Shown here one piece after another: positions 8,945-19,168 of a DNA stretch of 64,000 nucleotides. Positions within the stretch are counted from its first letter, which is position 1; each line of letters opens with the position of its first letter. This DNA comes from an uncultured bacterium. Its GTDB lineage: Bacteria > Zixibacteria > MSB-5A5 > CAIYYT01. A program made the position numbers and the translations under genes. The stretch spans positions 672,001 through 736,000 of the forward strand of contig CAVSCK010000004.1 in NCBI GenBank assembly GCA_963726455.1, written 5' to 3'. A model generated the notes under the pieces. That model ran no database searches, had not been told where the DNA came from, and was given only the letters and a program-made list of their open reading frames with translations.

Positions 8945-10163
8945 TGCCAGTCCCTCACAAGCTTGCGGTCGCCAATGTAGATTTCGTTGGGAGAATTCGG
9001 ATCGAGCGCCCATTTGATGCGCGCGACCCCCTCCATGATATCTTTGACCGTACGTGCAGTAGCTCAAACGCAAATGCCCTTCCATGCCGAATTCCTTGCC
9101 CGGAACCGCCACGACCATACTTTCTCAAGCAGCATCTTGGACAGCTTGACCGAATCGTTGCTGTAAGCGCGGAAATCGGGGAGCGAATAGAAGGTGCCGT
9201 CCGGCGGAATCAGTTTCACGCCGTCGAAGGCCTTCAGTTCCTGAACCATCACATTGCGGTTGTTTTCCAGCGTCAGACGCAAGCTCTTCGACGCCACTCT
9301 GCAGACCGGTCAGCGCGCCGACTGCGGCAACCTGCGACAACAGCGGCGGACAGGATGTCGTCTGCGCCTGCACGTTCACCATCGTGTCGACGATCTGCTT
9401 GCTGGCAATCGTCCAGCCGATGCGATAGCCGGTCATGGCGTAGAGTTTCGACACGCCGTTGATCACGATCAATTTCGACTGATTGATGATCAACCTTGGA
9501 GTATTTGTAGCACGGCGTCCATTGCGCCGGCGGAAAGACCAGCTTGTGATAGATGTCATCCATGATCAGAGTAGATGCCCTTCTTCTCGCAATACTCGAC
9601 CAGACTCGCCGATGAAGTCGGCTGTATAGACCGCGCCGGAAGGATTGTTCGGGCTGTTGACGATGATCGCCTTGGTGTACGAACTGACCATGTCGGTGAC
9701 ATCATCAAGCTCGGGCTGAAATCGGCCATCCCCCGGCGTGACAATCACCGGTTTGCCGTAAACCATCTTGACCATTTCCGGATAGCTCACCCAGTACGGC
9801 GCGAGAATGATCACTTCATCGAGCGGGTTGATGATCGTCGTCAGCACTGCCGACAGTGCCTGTTTGGCGCCGTTGGAGACGATGACGTTGTCTTTGCCCG
9901 ATGACCTTGTTGTAGTTCTCTTCCATGTAGCGGATAATCGCCTTGCGCAGCGAGCCGATGCCCTCGGTCGGAGTGTAGCGAACTTCCGCAGTAGCAAGCT
10001 GGGCGGCGCAACTCAGCATGGCCTCGAAAGGAATTTTGCTTTTCGGTTCTCCTGCGCCCAGATGAATGACGGCTTCGCCGCGGTCACGCAGGTCTTGCGC
10101 CTCTTCATTCAGCTTCAGAGTCGGTGATTCGGCAATTTCACGCGCAAGCTGGCTAATGCTCAT
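8941..10163 (-). CDS. PLP-dependent class I/II (aspartate-type) aminotransferase, split by indels
   Basis: LGAGEP, GAKQAL, PYWVSY, NSPNNPSG, DDIY, GVSKLYAMTGYRIGW, LRLSYC; ATGA overlap with pckA. Confidence 0.9.
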
Positions 10164-10257
10164 AGGCTTTATGCCTCGCATCCTAAAAATATAATTGCCT
10201 TCTTCCCACCGGGATAAAGCCAGAACCCGGCACGAAGAGGGCATCTTACTAGCTAAT

Positions 10258-10321
10258 AATATGGTGTAATAGGCCCCGAGAGTCAAATAAAAGTTGTGTC
10301 GGATTGTGAAAATTGTCACGA
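10258..10321 (-). promoter_or_regulatory. Sigma70-type promoter plus CRP/Rex-like palindrome upstream of aminotransferase-pckA
   Basis: Minus strand TTGACT-N17-CATATT (10286-10258); TTGTGAAAATTGTCACGA at 10304-10321. Confidence 0.45.
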
Positions 10322-10487
10322 GAAGTTAGTGGTCAAAACGCGGCGGATTCCGGTGATTGGAGGCGCTTTTTTCCGGCCTAATCGACTCGCTCCTTCCAAG
10401 AGTACGCGGTATTCATATGGCGGATGCGCTCCCTCACCCCTTTTTAGCTCGCTTCTTTGACAGCTCGACTGGTATTGACTTGACCTG

Positions 10488-10601
10488 CGCGCTCCCTCAC
10501 CCCTAACCCCTCTCCCACTGGGAGAGGGGAAAAAGCGCTAGTTTAGAATGTTCTCCCCTCACCCCTTGGGAGAGGGGCCGGAGGTGAGGGGTTACGCGCC
10601 T
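10488..10601. repeat. 114-bp REP-doublet unit, copy 1 (direct repeat of 11110-11223)
   Basis: Contains ccctcacccctaacccctctcccactgggagagggg and an inverted degenerate partner; 6 mismatches versus the second copy by manual alignment. Confidence 0.9.
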
Positions 10602-10950
10602 GGAGTATCAGTTGAAGCACGGTTTCGAGTTTACTTTCCACCTGATCACTAGTAAATCGCAGAATTCTGTAACCGCCAGATTCCAGAATGGACCGGCGAA
10701 CAGCATCCATTTCCGCCTTGTCGGGCAAGGCGTGAATCCCGCCATCGATTTCGATGATAAGTCCGTTATCGTGGCTATAGAAGTCAGCGATGTATCGGCC
10801 GATCGCGTGCTGTCTGCGGAATTTCATGCCGTGCAATTGCCGGTTGCGGAGACACAGCCAGAGCATTTCCTCACTGTTGGTTGGATGCTTGCGGAACTCT
10901 CGACAAAGTTGGAGCAGATACGGAGGAAGTTTGTCTTTGTGGCCGAGCAT
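10543..10950 (-). CDS. DUF559 / very-short-patch-repair (Vsr)-like endonuclease A
   Basis: LCREFRKHPTNSEEMLWLCLRNRQLHGMKFRRQHAIGRYIADF...IIEIDGGIH...GYRILRF; upstream TTG start at 11004 is possible. Confidence 0.9.
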   Translation of the reverse strand: MLGHKDKLPPYLLQLCREFRKHPTNSEEMLWLCLRNRQLHGMKFRRQHAIGRYIADFYSHDNGLIIEIDGGIHALPDKAEMDAVRRSILESGGYRILRFTSDQVESKLETVLQLILQARNPSPPAPLPRGEGRTF

Positions 10951-11029
10951 TGACAGAAGATATGTGGTGGTCAAGTCATTCGCAATGGCTAGGCGCTCCC
11001 TCAAAGATCGCAGGCACAGTTGTCTCCCA

Positions 11030-11077
11030 CGCGCTCCCTCACCCCTAACCCCTCTCCCACTGGGAGAGGGGAAAAAG
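11030..11077. repeat. Single 48-bp REP-like unit identical to the first half of the 114-bp repeat
   Basis: cgcgctccctcacccctaacccctctcccactgggagaggggaaaaag; partial copies at 10426-10441 and 10993-11003. Confidence 0.9.
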
Positions 11078-11109
11078 ATTCACGGATTTGGAATCTCTCT
11101 AGAGTCCGA

Positions 11110-11223
11110 CGCGCTCCCTCACCCCTAACCCCTCTCCCACTGGGAGAGGGGAAAAAGCGCTAGTTTAGAATGTTCTCCCCTTGCCCTTTGGGAGAGGGGC
11201 CGGGGGTAAGGCGTTACGCGCCT
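11110..11223. repeat. 114-bp REP-doublet unit, copy 2
   Basis: Direct repeat of 10488-10601. Confidence 0.9.
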
Positions 11224-11301
11224 TGCGGGTTCGATGTGACAAGACATAAATCGTTCGGGCGCCCGTGGGTCGCGAGCGCCCGTGAGGTTGAACGGGAGGA
11301 T

Positions 11302-12546
11302 TTATTTGACTACTAACTTGGCGAAATCATACCAGTCGACCTGCTCGGTGCGACCTTTATCGTCCGTGATCAAGATGCCGCGATTGTCCTCGTCGACATC
11401 GTTGGAGCCGCGCAACAAGTAGCTGCTGCCGTTGCGCAAGGTGATAGTCGCGCCGCTCTGAGAGCTTTTCTCGATCGCGGAAATTGCCGAAAACGGGATG
11501 TCCATTTCGATGCCTTTGTACTCGCCATTGAGATATTCCCAACTGAATTGCTCATCGTCATCCCACACGATCTCGCCGGCAAACTGGGAGCCGTCTTCGG
11601 TGGTCACCGCGCCCTTAACCGCCTGGCCGCCGTTGAAATCGTCGTACTTGGGAAGTTTATCCTTGGACACAGGCAGGAACTCCGCCTTCTCGAAATCGGC
11701 CCAGTCAATCTTGACTCTGCCGAACTCGGGTGACTTGACAATAATGCCGCGGTTTTCGGAGTTGATGTCGTTGGAGTTGCGGAGGATAATCTCCTTGCCA
11801 TCCTTCAGTAAGATGGTCGCCGATGTAGAAGAACGCCTCTCGATGGAGGTGATGCGATCAAAGCTGATCTTCCTTGTGCGACCGCCTTCTTCTTCTCCAT
11901 CGAGATCGTCCTTATTGAAAACTTCGTCGACATCCCATTCGATCCAGCCGGTAAACTCGCCTGCGCGCCGCGTACTGACGCGGCCGAAGAGGCGTTCCAG
12001 CCCATCGTCGGGGTCCTTGGGTTCTTTCAGGAAATCGATTTTCTCAATGTCTTCCCAATCGAAGTAGATGTCTCCCTCTTTGATATCAGAAAGCAGGATT
12101 TCGCGCACCGACGATCCGAGATCGGAACTGGCCGAGAAGGTGACTTCGCTCCCTGATTTGAGCAGCAAAGTTGCCTCCCCGTCGCCTTCATTCTGAAGCG
12201 TGCGAATATGACCGAAGGCAAGCTGGCAGGTAGACGAACCACCCAGCTCCAACACCGAACCCTCATCGCCAAACTTCAGTCCAAAGATGCTGATCGTCGT
12301 GCGGCGGTCACGGTTGCGATAATGTCGTCCCGATTTGGTTTTGGTATCCGCTTGAGACTTCAGTTCGCAGGTGCCGTCAATGAGATCATCCCAATAGGCC
12401 TCGTTCTTATCCCAGCGGATCCAGCCCTCGAAAACTTCATTGTCGGTGGTGAATAATTTGCCGTAGAGTCGTCCTGACTCGGCGAGAAGATGTTCGGTTT
12501 GAAAAAATATCAGTGCAATTGGCAACAGTAACAGTCTGCGCATCAA
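11302..12546 (-). CDS. Secreted protein with three internal repeats, function unknown
   Basis: Signal peptide; G.V.T....F.G.I.WD.DE....D.L.G repeated three times. Confidence 0.75.
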   Translation of the reverse strand: MMRRLLLLPIALIFFQTEHLLAESGRLYGKLFTTDNEVFEGWIRWDKNEAYWDDLIDGTCELKSQADTKTKSGRHYRNRDRRTTISIFGLKFGDEGSVLELGGSSTCQLAFGHIRTLQNEGDGEATLLLKSGSEVTFSASSDLGSSVREILLSDIKEGDIYFDWEDIEKIDFLKEPKDPDDGLERLFGRVSTRRAGEFTGWIEWDVDEVFNKDDLDGEEEGGRTRKISFDRITSIERRSSTSATILLKDGKEIILRNSNDINSENRGIIVKSPEFGRVKIDWADFEKAEFLPVSKDKLPKYDDFNGGQAVKGAVTTEDGSQFAGEIVWDDDEQFSWEYLNGEYKGIEMDIPFSAISAIEKSSQSGATITLRNGSSYLLRGSNDVDEDNRGILITDDKGRTEQVDWYDFAKLVVK

Positions 12547-12766
12547 CTATCCTCCCAAAGATGACTGAATTTAACTGTCTATCATTACGAGGGTTGTCGG
12601 GAATTGTTTCGTTGAGGGAAAAAGAATTTTCGACTCCGGTGACACCGAAAATCGCAGGAGCGAGCCGGAATGACTCGCTCCAGGAGACGCTGTCTTGACA
12701 GTGGCGCGGATTCCAATCCTTGGAGGCGCCTGCAAGACCTAAGAGCGCGCGCTGCAGTCAGCGGCG

Positions 12767-14047
12767 CTAAAAATCAAAGTCGACGAGAACAGTAAATTGG
12801 TCCTCTTGCAATTTATCTTCTATTCCTGTTTGCCTGTGCGTGTACTCGGCATGAAGCGCAACATTCACCGCCGTCCAGTCGCCCAGATAATATCGCAATA
12901 GAAACGAGAATGCCCTGATGCGGCTCTCGCGGTCACGGGTAGGCGTTTCGACCCAGTTGTACATTGTAGAAGCCAGCAAACGGTTATTGGGCAATGCCGC
13001 CAGATCCAATTCGACGAACCCCCCATTATACTTGTAATCGCCCATATGGGGATCCGAGCTCGGATTGATAGCGCCATCATCAGTACCGTGGAGGAACAGG
13101 CCGCGCACGTTGAAGGTCCCGAAGTTCAGACTGGTCTCGAGACCGAGACGGTAGAACTTCTTATTGTGCGTGCCACCGTTCTCACCGGTCGGAGCAACGA
13201 TTGGACCAAGTTCGGTAGGCACCCAGCCGACATATCCGAGGCCGCCGACGCGATATCCCGCGCTCTGGCCTTCCCCACCACCAAACACCTGATACACCGA
13301 TGCATACCAGTCTTTCGTCCTGTTATTGTCCGGACGCGAACCAGTGCCGTTTACGACGCCCAATCCGTAATGGGTGCCCGTCTTGAAATGGCCGGTAGCT
13401 TCCAGACCAAATTGATTGTCATCGAAAACAAAACTATTGCCCGGAGTCTGGAAGCCGTAAACCTCGTACGGAGTCATTATGTAGTATGAACGCTTGGAGC
13501 TGATAGCGTGATACGCCGGCTCGAATCGTCCGACGCGCAGACTCAATTTGTCCTTAACCAAATTGCTGAAAACGGCATTGACCGATTCCAGCGCACCGGG
13601 TTGGCTGGCGTCGGAATTGTTGTAAGCACCAGTCGGTTCATCTATGCGCGGAGTGTAAATCAGCATAAACGAAATGTTCTGATGCAGCACTCCGGAAGCC
13701 AGCAGATCAAAACCATAGACACCAAAGCCGCTCGTGGTTCCCGCCACTGTTCTCGTAGAATTGGGACGTTCCAGTTTAGAGTGATACATTGACGCGCCGG
13801 TTGAGGTGCGCATGGAGATTGGCGGCCAGGATTCGATAATGTTCTTCTCATTACCTTCCTGACCCATTACCTGGTATCCGTTATCGCGGTAGCGTTGGCC
13901 CCAGTCATTCAGCTTCGTAAACGATGTGTGGCAGTTGTTGCAATTAAAACCGTACTTCCGCGAAAACGCGGGAATGGCGCTTACCGAATCAGCCAACAGC
14001 AGGCCGAAAAAGATCGCGATCATTGACAAAGCAAATAGTCTTTTCAT
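12767..14047 (-). CDS. Cyc2-like fused monoheme cytochrome c / outer-membrane beta-barrel
   Basis: Signal peptide, then AIPAFSRKYGFNCNNCHT...NGY (CxxCH); amphipathic strands; C-terminal ...VDFDF. Confidence 0.75.
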   Translation of the reverse strand: MKRLFALSMIAIFFGLLLADSVSAIPAFSRKYGFNCNNCHTSFTKLNDWGQRYRDNGYQVMGQEGNEKNIIESWPPISMRTSTGASMYHSKLERPNSTRTVAGTTSGFGVYGFDLLASGVLHQNISFMLIYTPRIDEPTGAYNNSDASQPGALESVNAVFSNLVKDKLSLRVGRFEPAYHAISSKRSYYIMTPYEVYGFQTPGNSFVFDDNQFGLEATGHFKTGTHYGLGVVNGTGSRPDNNRTKDWYASVYQVFGGGEGQSAGYRVGGLGYVGWVPTELGPIVAPTGENGGTHNKKFYRLGLETSLNFGTFNVRGLFLHGTDDGAINPSSDPHMGDYKYNGGFVELDLAALPNNRLLASTMYNWVETPTRDRESRIRAFSFLLRYYLGDWTAVNVALHAEYTHRQTGIEDKLQEDQFTVLVDFDF

Positions 14048-14058
14048 AATCGTCTCCC

Positions 14059-15128
14059 CTATTCAGGCATCTCGGACTGAGGAATCGGTTTCTCATCGGC
14101 AACAGCCGCGTTCGTGCTGACGACAGCCCGCTTCATGAATGCCACCAGCGCGGCGACTTCGGTCTTTGACAAGCCGAGCGGAACCATCAGAGGATCGAGA
14201 TTCGACTTATCCGGCCCGCCGCCACGATTATAGAGCGCGACGACATCCTCAAGGGTCTTCTCGCCGCCCGTGTGCATGTAAGGAGCGCGTTTGGCAGCGT
14301 CGCGAACGGTCGGCGTTTTGAAGGCGCCCTTGTCATCAGGATCCTTGGAAATCGCAAAGCGACCGTCATCCGGTTTCTGGCCGGCAGGCGGCGCAACGCC
14401 GAGATTATGAAAACGACCGTCGCTCATGTAACCGCCCCAATGACAAGAAGAGCAGTGTCCTTTGCCGTTGAATATCTCGAGCCCCTGTTTCTCCTGCTTG
14501 GTCAGAGCTGACTTGTCGCCGCGAACGTAGCGGTCGAATGGCGAGTCGGTAGTTACAATCGTGCGTTCGTAGGCGGCAATCGCCTGGGCAACTTGGTCGA
14601 CTGTAATGGGAGTAGTGCCGAACACCTGCTTGAACTCGTCGACGTAGCCGGTCAACTTGCTCAGACTCTGAATCATGACTTCGTGGGTGTTGCCCATTTC
14701 AATCGGATTCTGAATCGGTCCCTTTGCCTGTTCTTCCAGACTCGGTGCACGACCGTCCCAGAATTGCAGCGGGCTGTAAGCGGCGTTGACAACCGGCGGA
14801 GCGCGCCGGCCCCCAGTTGGCCGCGAATACCTTTACTCGTGGGACCGGCATCCGACCATCCCATAGCCGGATCGTGGCAGGTTGCGCAACTGACCGTGTT
14901 GTCGGCTGACAAGCGCGTGTCGAAGTAAAGCTTCTTGCCGAGCAGAATTTTTGCCGCAGTCTGCGGATTGTCCGGTGGCGCTACAATCGCCGGCAGGTTT
15001 CCTATTCTTTCTGGTCCAAGGGAATGTACATTTACCGCGGTAAGAGGAACCGGGGCGTTGTCGTCTGCCAGTGCGACTATCGCCGCCAGCAGGACTAATG
15101 AGACAACCAAAAAACAAAGTCTGTTCAT
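14059..15128 (-). CDS. Di-heme cytochrome c peroxidase (CCP/MauG family), frameshifted
   Basis: [41 protein letters not shown]; one frameshift near 14800. Confidence 0.9.
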
Positions 15129-15467
15129 CAGGCCTTCTCCTTTCGGTTGGAATTCTCTAGCTCCGTGACATAGATGCGTGGAGCATCTGGACTACCTTTG
15201 TCCTCTGAATTGCCAATTTCCCCGCGAATGTCAAACTAAAACTTTCGCCGGCAATCACGACACTTTCTGTCCCCTAAAAGCGAAAGGAGCCCGTCGCGTA
15301 AACGAGCTCCCTCGGGACCCTGTTCCTCCTGCCCTTCGAAACCTTTCCCTTGATCCACTAGTTATTATTGGAATCCTCACTGTCAGATCCTGTCAGTGAC
15401 TTGAAAAAAATTCAAAAAAATGTGACGGTACGGTCACGGCAAGGCTGACAGCGGCAACGTTTCAATG

Positions 15468-15496
15468 TTGACAGTACCGCATAACAGACGTATCCT
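15468..15496 (+). promoter_or_regulatory. Sigma70-type promoter of the zf-lemA-htpX operon
   Basis: TTGACA-N17-TATCCT about 30 nt before ATG 15528. Confidence 0.6.
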
Positions 15497-15527
15497 TTTG
15501 GCCATCTCACCGTATAAGGAGACCTGA

Positions 15528-15913
15528 ATGAATTGTGTCGCCTGTAATGAGCCGATGGTGGTTCTGGAAATAGCCGAAGTGGAAATAGATCACTGCCTTG
15601 CGTGCGGCGGTGTCTGGCTCGATTCGGGTGAGATTGAGCTACTGTTGGGCGACGAGCACGAGGCCAAGAAGCTGTTACAGCAGATTGGATCGAGAGAAAA
15701 CCGTCAGCATGGCAAGCGAAAATGCCCGATCTGCCTGAAGAAGATGGAAATTGTCATCGGTCGGATACGGATGACAAAGTGCAACTTGACTGGTGCTCAA
15801 GACACCACGGTGTCTGGTTTGACCGCGGCGAACTGGAAGAGGTCCTGAAGATATTTGACGCCGACCGGCACAGCGAGGTCATCGGACTACTGAAACAAGT
15901 GTTTCGAAAATAG
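15528..15913 (+). CDS. Tandem zf-TFIIB zinc-ribbon protein, frameshifted
   Basis: CVAC..EIDHCLACGGVWLDSGE and CPIC..LDWCSRHHGVWFDRGELE in two frames. Confidence 0.85.
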
Positions 15914-15939
15914 ATATCGTTCAAAGAAAGGGTTACTAG

Positions 15940-16503
15940 ATGGTTGTCCTGTTTATTTTTCTGGCCATTGTTGTCGTGATTGTCTTCTGGCTGGTGGGTA
16001 TGTACAACTCGCTGGTCGGATTGCGCAATCAGGTCAAGAACGCCTGGGCGCAGATTGATGTCCAACTCAAACGCCGTCACGATTTGATCCCCAACCTGGT
16101 GGAGACGGCGAAGGGATACATGCAGCACGAGCGCGGCACGCTGGAAGCCGTCACCAACGCGCGCGGCAAGGCCATGGGCGCCGAGTCGGTCGGCGACAAA
16201 GCCAAAGCCGAGGGCGAACTTTCCGGCGCCATCAGCCGCTTCATGTTGGTCGTAGAGAATTATCCCGACCTCAAGGCGAATCAGAATTTCCTGGCGCTGC
16301 AGGAAGAATTGACGTCGACGGAAAACAAGATCGCGTTCAGCCGGCAGGCCTACAACGACCAGGTGCTGTTCTTTAACAACAAGATTCAGATGTTTCCGTC
16401 GAGTATCATTGCCGGTATGTTCAACTTCCAGCAGAGCGAATTCTTCGAACTGGAAGACAAAGGTGATCGTGAGGCGCCGAAAGTTGATTTCACGCAGAAG
16501 TAG
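15940..16503 (+). CDS. lemA: LemA family protein
   Basis: N-terminal TM; YNSLV..NAWAQIDVQLKRRHDLIPNLV; ENYPDLKANQNF. Confidence 0.95.
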   Translation: MVVLFIFLAIVVVIVFWLVGMYNSLVGLRNQVKNAWAQIDVQLKRRHDLIPNLVETAKGYMQHERGTLEAVTNARGKAMGAESVGDKAKAEGELSGAISRFMLVVENYPDLKANQNFLALQEELTSTENKIAFSRQAYNDQVLFFNNKIQMFPSSIIAGMFNFQQSEFFELEDKGDREAPKVDFTQK

Positions 16504-16540
16504 GAATGTGTCAACTCATCCGGTTTCTGGGCGGTAGATC

Positions 16541-17996
16541 ATGTGGGAATTGATCAAGCAGAATCAGCGCAAATCGCTGGTGCTGTTCTTCCTGATGGGC
16601 TGTTGCCTGGTGTTGCTTGGGCTATCTGCTGGGGGCGGCGTATGCTGCCTCCCGATGGCGGCATGCTTGGTATCACGACTGGCGCTAATCATCTGGCTGA
16701 TTCTGTCGTTCATCAGTTTCTTTGCCGGCGACAGCATTGTGCTCAGTGTGAGCGGCGCCAAAGAAGTCACGCGCGACAGTTCATCCACAGCTCTTCAACG
16801 TAGTCGAAGAGATGAAAATCGCCGGCAGTCTGCCCGCAATGCCGAAGGTCTATATCATGGACACGGAGGCGCCCAATGCCTTCGCGACAGGGCGCAAACC
16901 GGAAAACTGCGCGATTGCGGTGACGGCCGGTCTTTTGTCGCGGCTGAATCGCGATGAACTTCAGGGCGTAGTCGCGCACGAGACCTCGCACATCATCAAT
17001 CGAGATGTTCTATTCATGACCTTCGCGGGGATAATGCTGGGAAGCATTGTCCTGATTTCGGAAATCTTCCTGCGCGGGTTGTGGTTCTCCGGCGGCTCGT
17101 CGCGTCGCTATCGTTCGAGTTCCGATCGCGGCGGCGGACAGGGCCAGGCGATTGTTGCGATAGTGGCGATTCTGTTTGCGATTCTCGCGCCGATTCTGGC
17201 ACAGCTACTTTATTTTGCGATTTCCAGGCGGCGGGAATATCTCGCGGATGCTTCGGCGGTGCGGTTGACTCGTTACCCGGAAGGTTTGGCATCGGCTCTC
17301 GAAAAGATCTCGACATCATCCGAACAACTGCCGCGAGCGAACAAGGTCACGGCGCCGATGTATATTGTCAACCCGCTCAAGCGCGAGGGCGAGAAGCTGT
17401 CTGATCTGACCAGCACACATCCACCGATTTCGGAGCGAATCAAGATTTTGCGTGGCATGGCGCAGGGTGCGGGATATCTCGACTACCAGCAGTCTTTCAG
17501 CCGTGTTACCGGGCAGAGTAAGATCATTCCGGATTCAGAATTGAAGGACGCTGCTGCTGTTCCGGTTCGCGCCTCGTCGGGAGAAACAGCGCCAAGTCCG
17601 TCTGACAGATCGGTCAAACGCGGCGTCGGCGACATTGTACGCGCGATGAATGGGTTCCTGTTTCTCACCTGCACTTGCGGACTCAAGATCAAGATTCCGC
17701 CTGACTTCAAACAGAGTGCTCTCCCCTGCCCGCGTTGCGGCAGGGAGTTGAAAGTCCCGACAGCGGAATTGGCGACGGTAGCAGCAGGTCTCGAAGCTGC
17801 GGAAGGTAAACTACCTTCTGATACTAGCACGGTGTTGCAGGCCGCAGCGACATACACTCGCAAAGGTTCCGGATGGGAGACGTTCAACTGTGTCTGCGGA
17901 AAACCGATCCAGATTTCACCGGCATTTAGCGGTACGAAAATCACCTGCAGTTCCTGCGGGCGGGAAACTCAAATACTTGGCGGCGCGGCAAATTAG
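16541..17996 (+). CDS. htpX: HtpX-like M48 zinc metalloprotease with C-terminal zinc ribbons, frameshifted near the 5' end
   Basis: PNAFATG, HETSH (HExxH), SRRREYLAD, STHPP; C-terminal CTCG/CPRC and CVCG/CSSC. Confidence 0.85.
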
Positions 17997-18053
17997 CTGA
18001 CATTAGAATTTGGCCAGTATAATAATCAATCAAATGAAGAGGTTATCCAGAGA

Positions 18054-18809
18054 ATGATAAGTCTCAAAGGTAAGACCGCACTAATCACCGGCGCATCGCG
18101 CGGCATCGGCAAAGCAACGGCAATCATACTGGCAAAAGCGGGCTGCGATGTGGCGATTAATTACTTATCCAATGATCGGGCGGCAGATGAAGTCGTAAAG
18201 AGCGCGTCGGCTCTGGGAGTACGTGCCGTCAAAGTCAAAGCCGATTTGGCCGATCGTGCGCAGACAACGCATATGGTCGGCGAAGTCGTAAAGCGGCTCG
18301 GACGGCTAGATATTCTGGTAAACAACGGCGGCATCTGGAAAGAGGCGGCGATCGACACTATGACCGAAGCGCAGTTACGCGAGACAGTGGATATCAATTT
18401 GATGGGAGTGTTTTACGCGATCGGCGCCGCAGTGCCGCAAATGAAGCAGCAAAGATCAGGCAATATCATTAGTATATCATCTACCGCCGGTCAGCGCGGC
18501 GAACCATTTCACTCTCACTATGCAGCCACCAAAGGGGCCGTTATTAGTCTTACAAAGTCGCTCGCTCCCGAGTTGGCGGCGTTCAATATCCGTGTGAACT
18601 GCGTGGCGCCCGGTTGGGTTGACACCGATATGACGACTGATTCTCTGGCCGCGCCTGATGCAGACAAGATTCTGAATCTAATTCCCCTGGGACGTGTCGG
18701 CACACCGGACGAGATTGCCGGCGCAGTGCTGTTCCTTGCATCCGAGCTCTCAACTTTCATTACCGGTGAAATTCTGAATGTGAACGGTGGCGCGGTATTG
18801 TGCGGTTAA
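18054..18809 (+). CDS. SDR family oxidoreductase (FabG-like)
   Basis: TGASRGIG, LVNNGG, YAATK, VNCVAPG, ITGEILNVNGG. Confidence 0.9.
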   Translation: MISLKGKTALITGASRGIGKATAIILAKAGCDVAINYLSNDRAADEVVKSASALGVRAVKVKADLADRAQTTHMVGEVVKRLGRLDILVNNGGIWKEAAIDTMTEAQLRETVDINLMGVFYAIGAAVPQMKQQRSGNIISISSTAGQRGEPFHSHYAATKGAVISLTKSLAPELAAFNIRVNCVAPGWVDTDMTTDSLAAPDADKILNLIPLGRVGTPDEIAGAVLFLASELSTFITGEILNVNGGAVLCG

Positions 18810-18836
18810 CCGCAGGCGCGATGAATATGCCCACGC

Positions 18837-19148
18837 TATTCCCCTCTTGTGAGAGGAATAAATGGGTTGTGTCAAATTGCACATAATGCAAGACGCCACC
18901 TTTAATATTTAGGTGTTTGTTCCTCTCTTGAGAGGGGAATACAAGGGGTGTGTCACTTGGCAACTTCATACCCAAACAAATGGATCGCGCTACGTGCCTC
19001 CCACGCTGGCTAGTTATTCTCCTCTTGAGAGGGGAATACAAGGGGTGTGTCATTTGGCGACCAGGCACCCGAACAAATCAATCGAACTACGTGCTCTCCG
19101 CGTTAGCGAGTTATTCCCCTCTTGAGAGGGGAACAAAAGGGGTGTGTT
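18837..19148 (+). repeat. Left array of four palindromic repeats (TTCCCCTCTTGAGAGGGGAA..AAGGGGTGTGT) flanking DUF559 B
   Basis: Copies at about 18837, 18920, 19014 and 19111. Confidence 0.9.
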
Positions 19149-19168
19149 CTTCGAGTAGCTCCTTCGAT

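Noticed and set aside
15401-15438. FNR/CRP-like sites (ttgaa-N5-ttcaa; tgtgac-N6-gtcac) between the CCP and lemA operons
   Set aside because: Spacing does not match the consensus and the homopolymer runs are unreliable in this assembly
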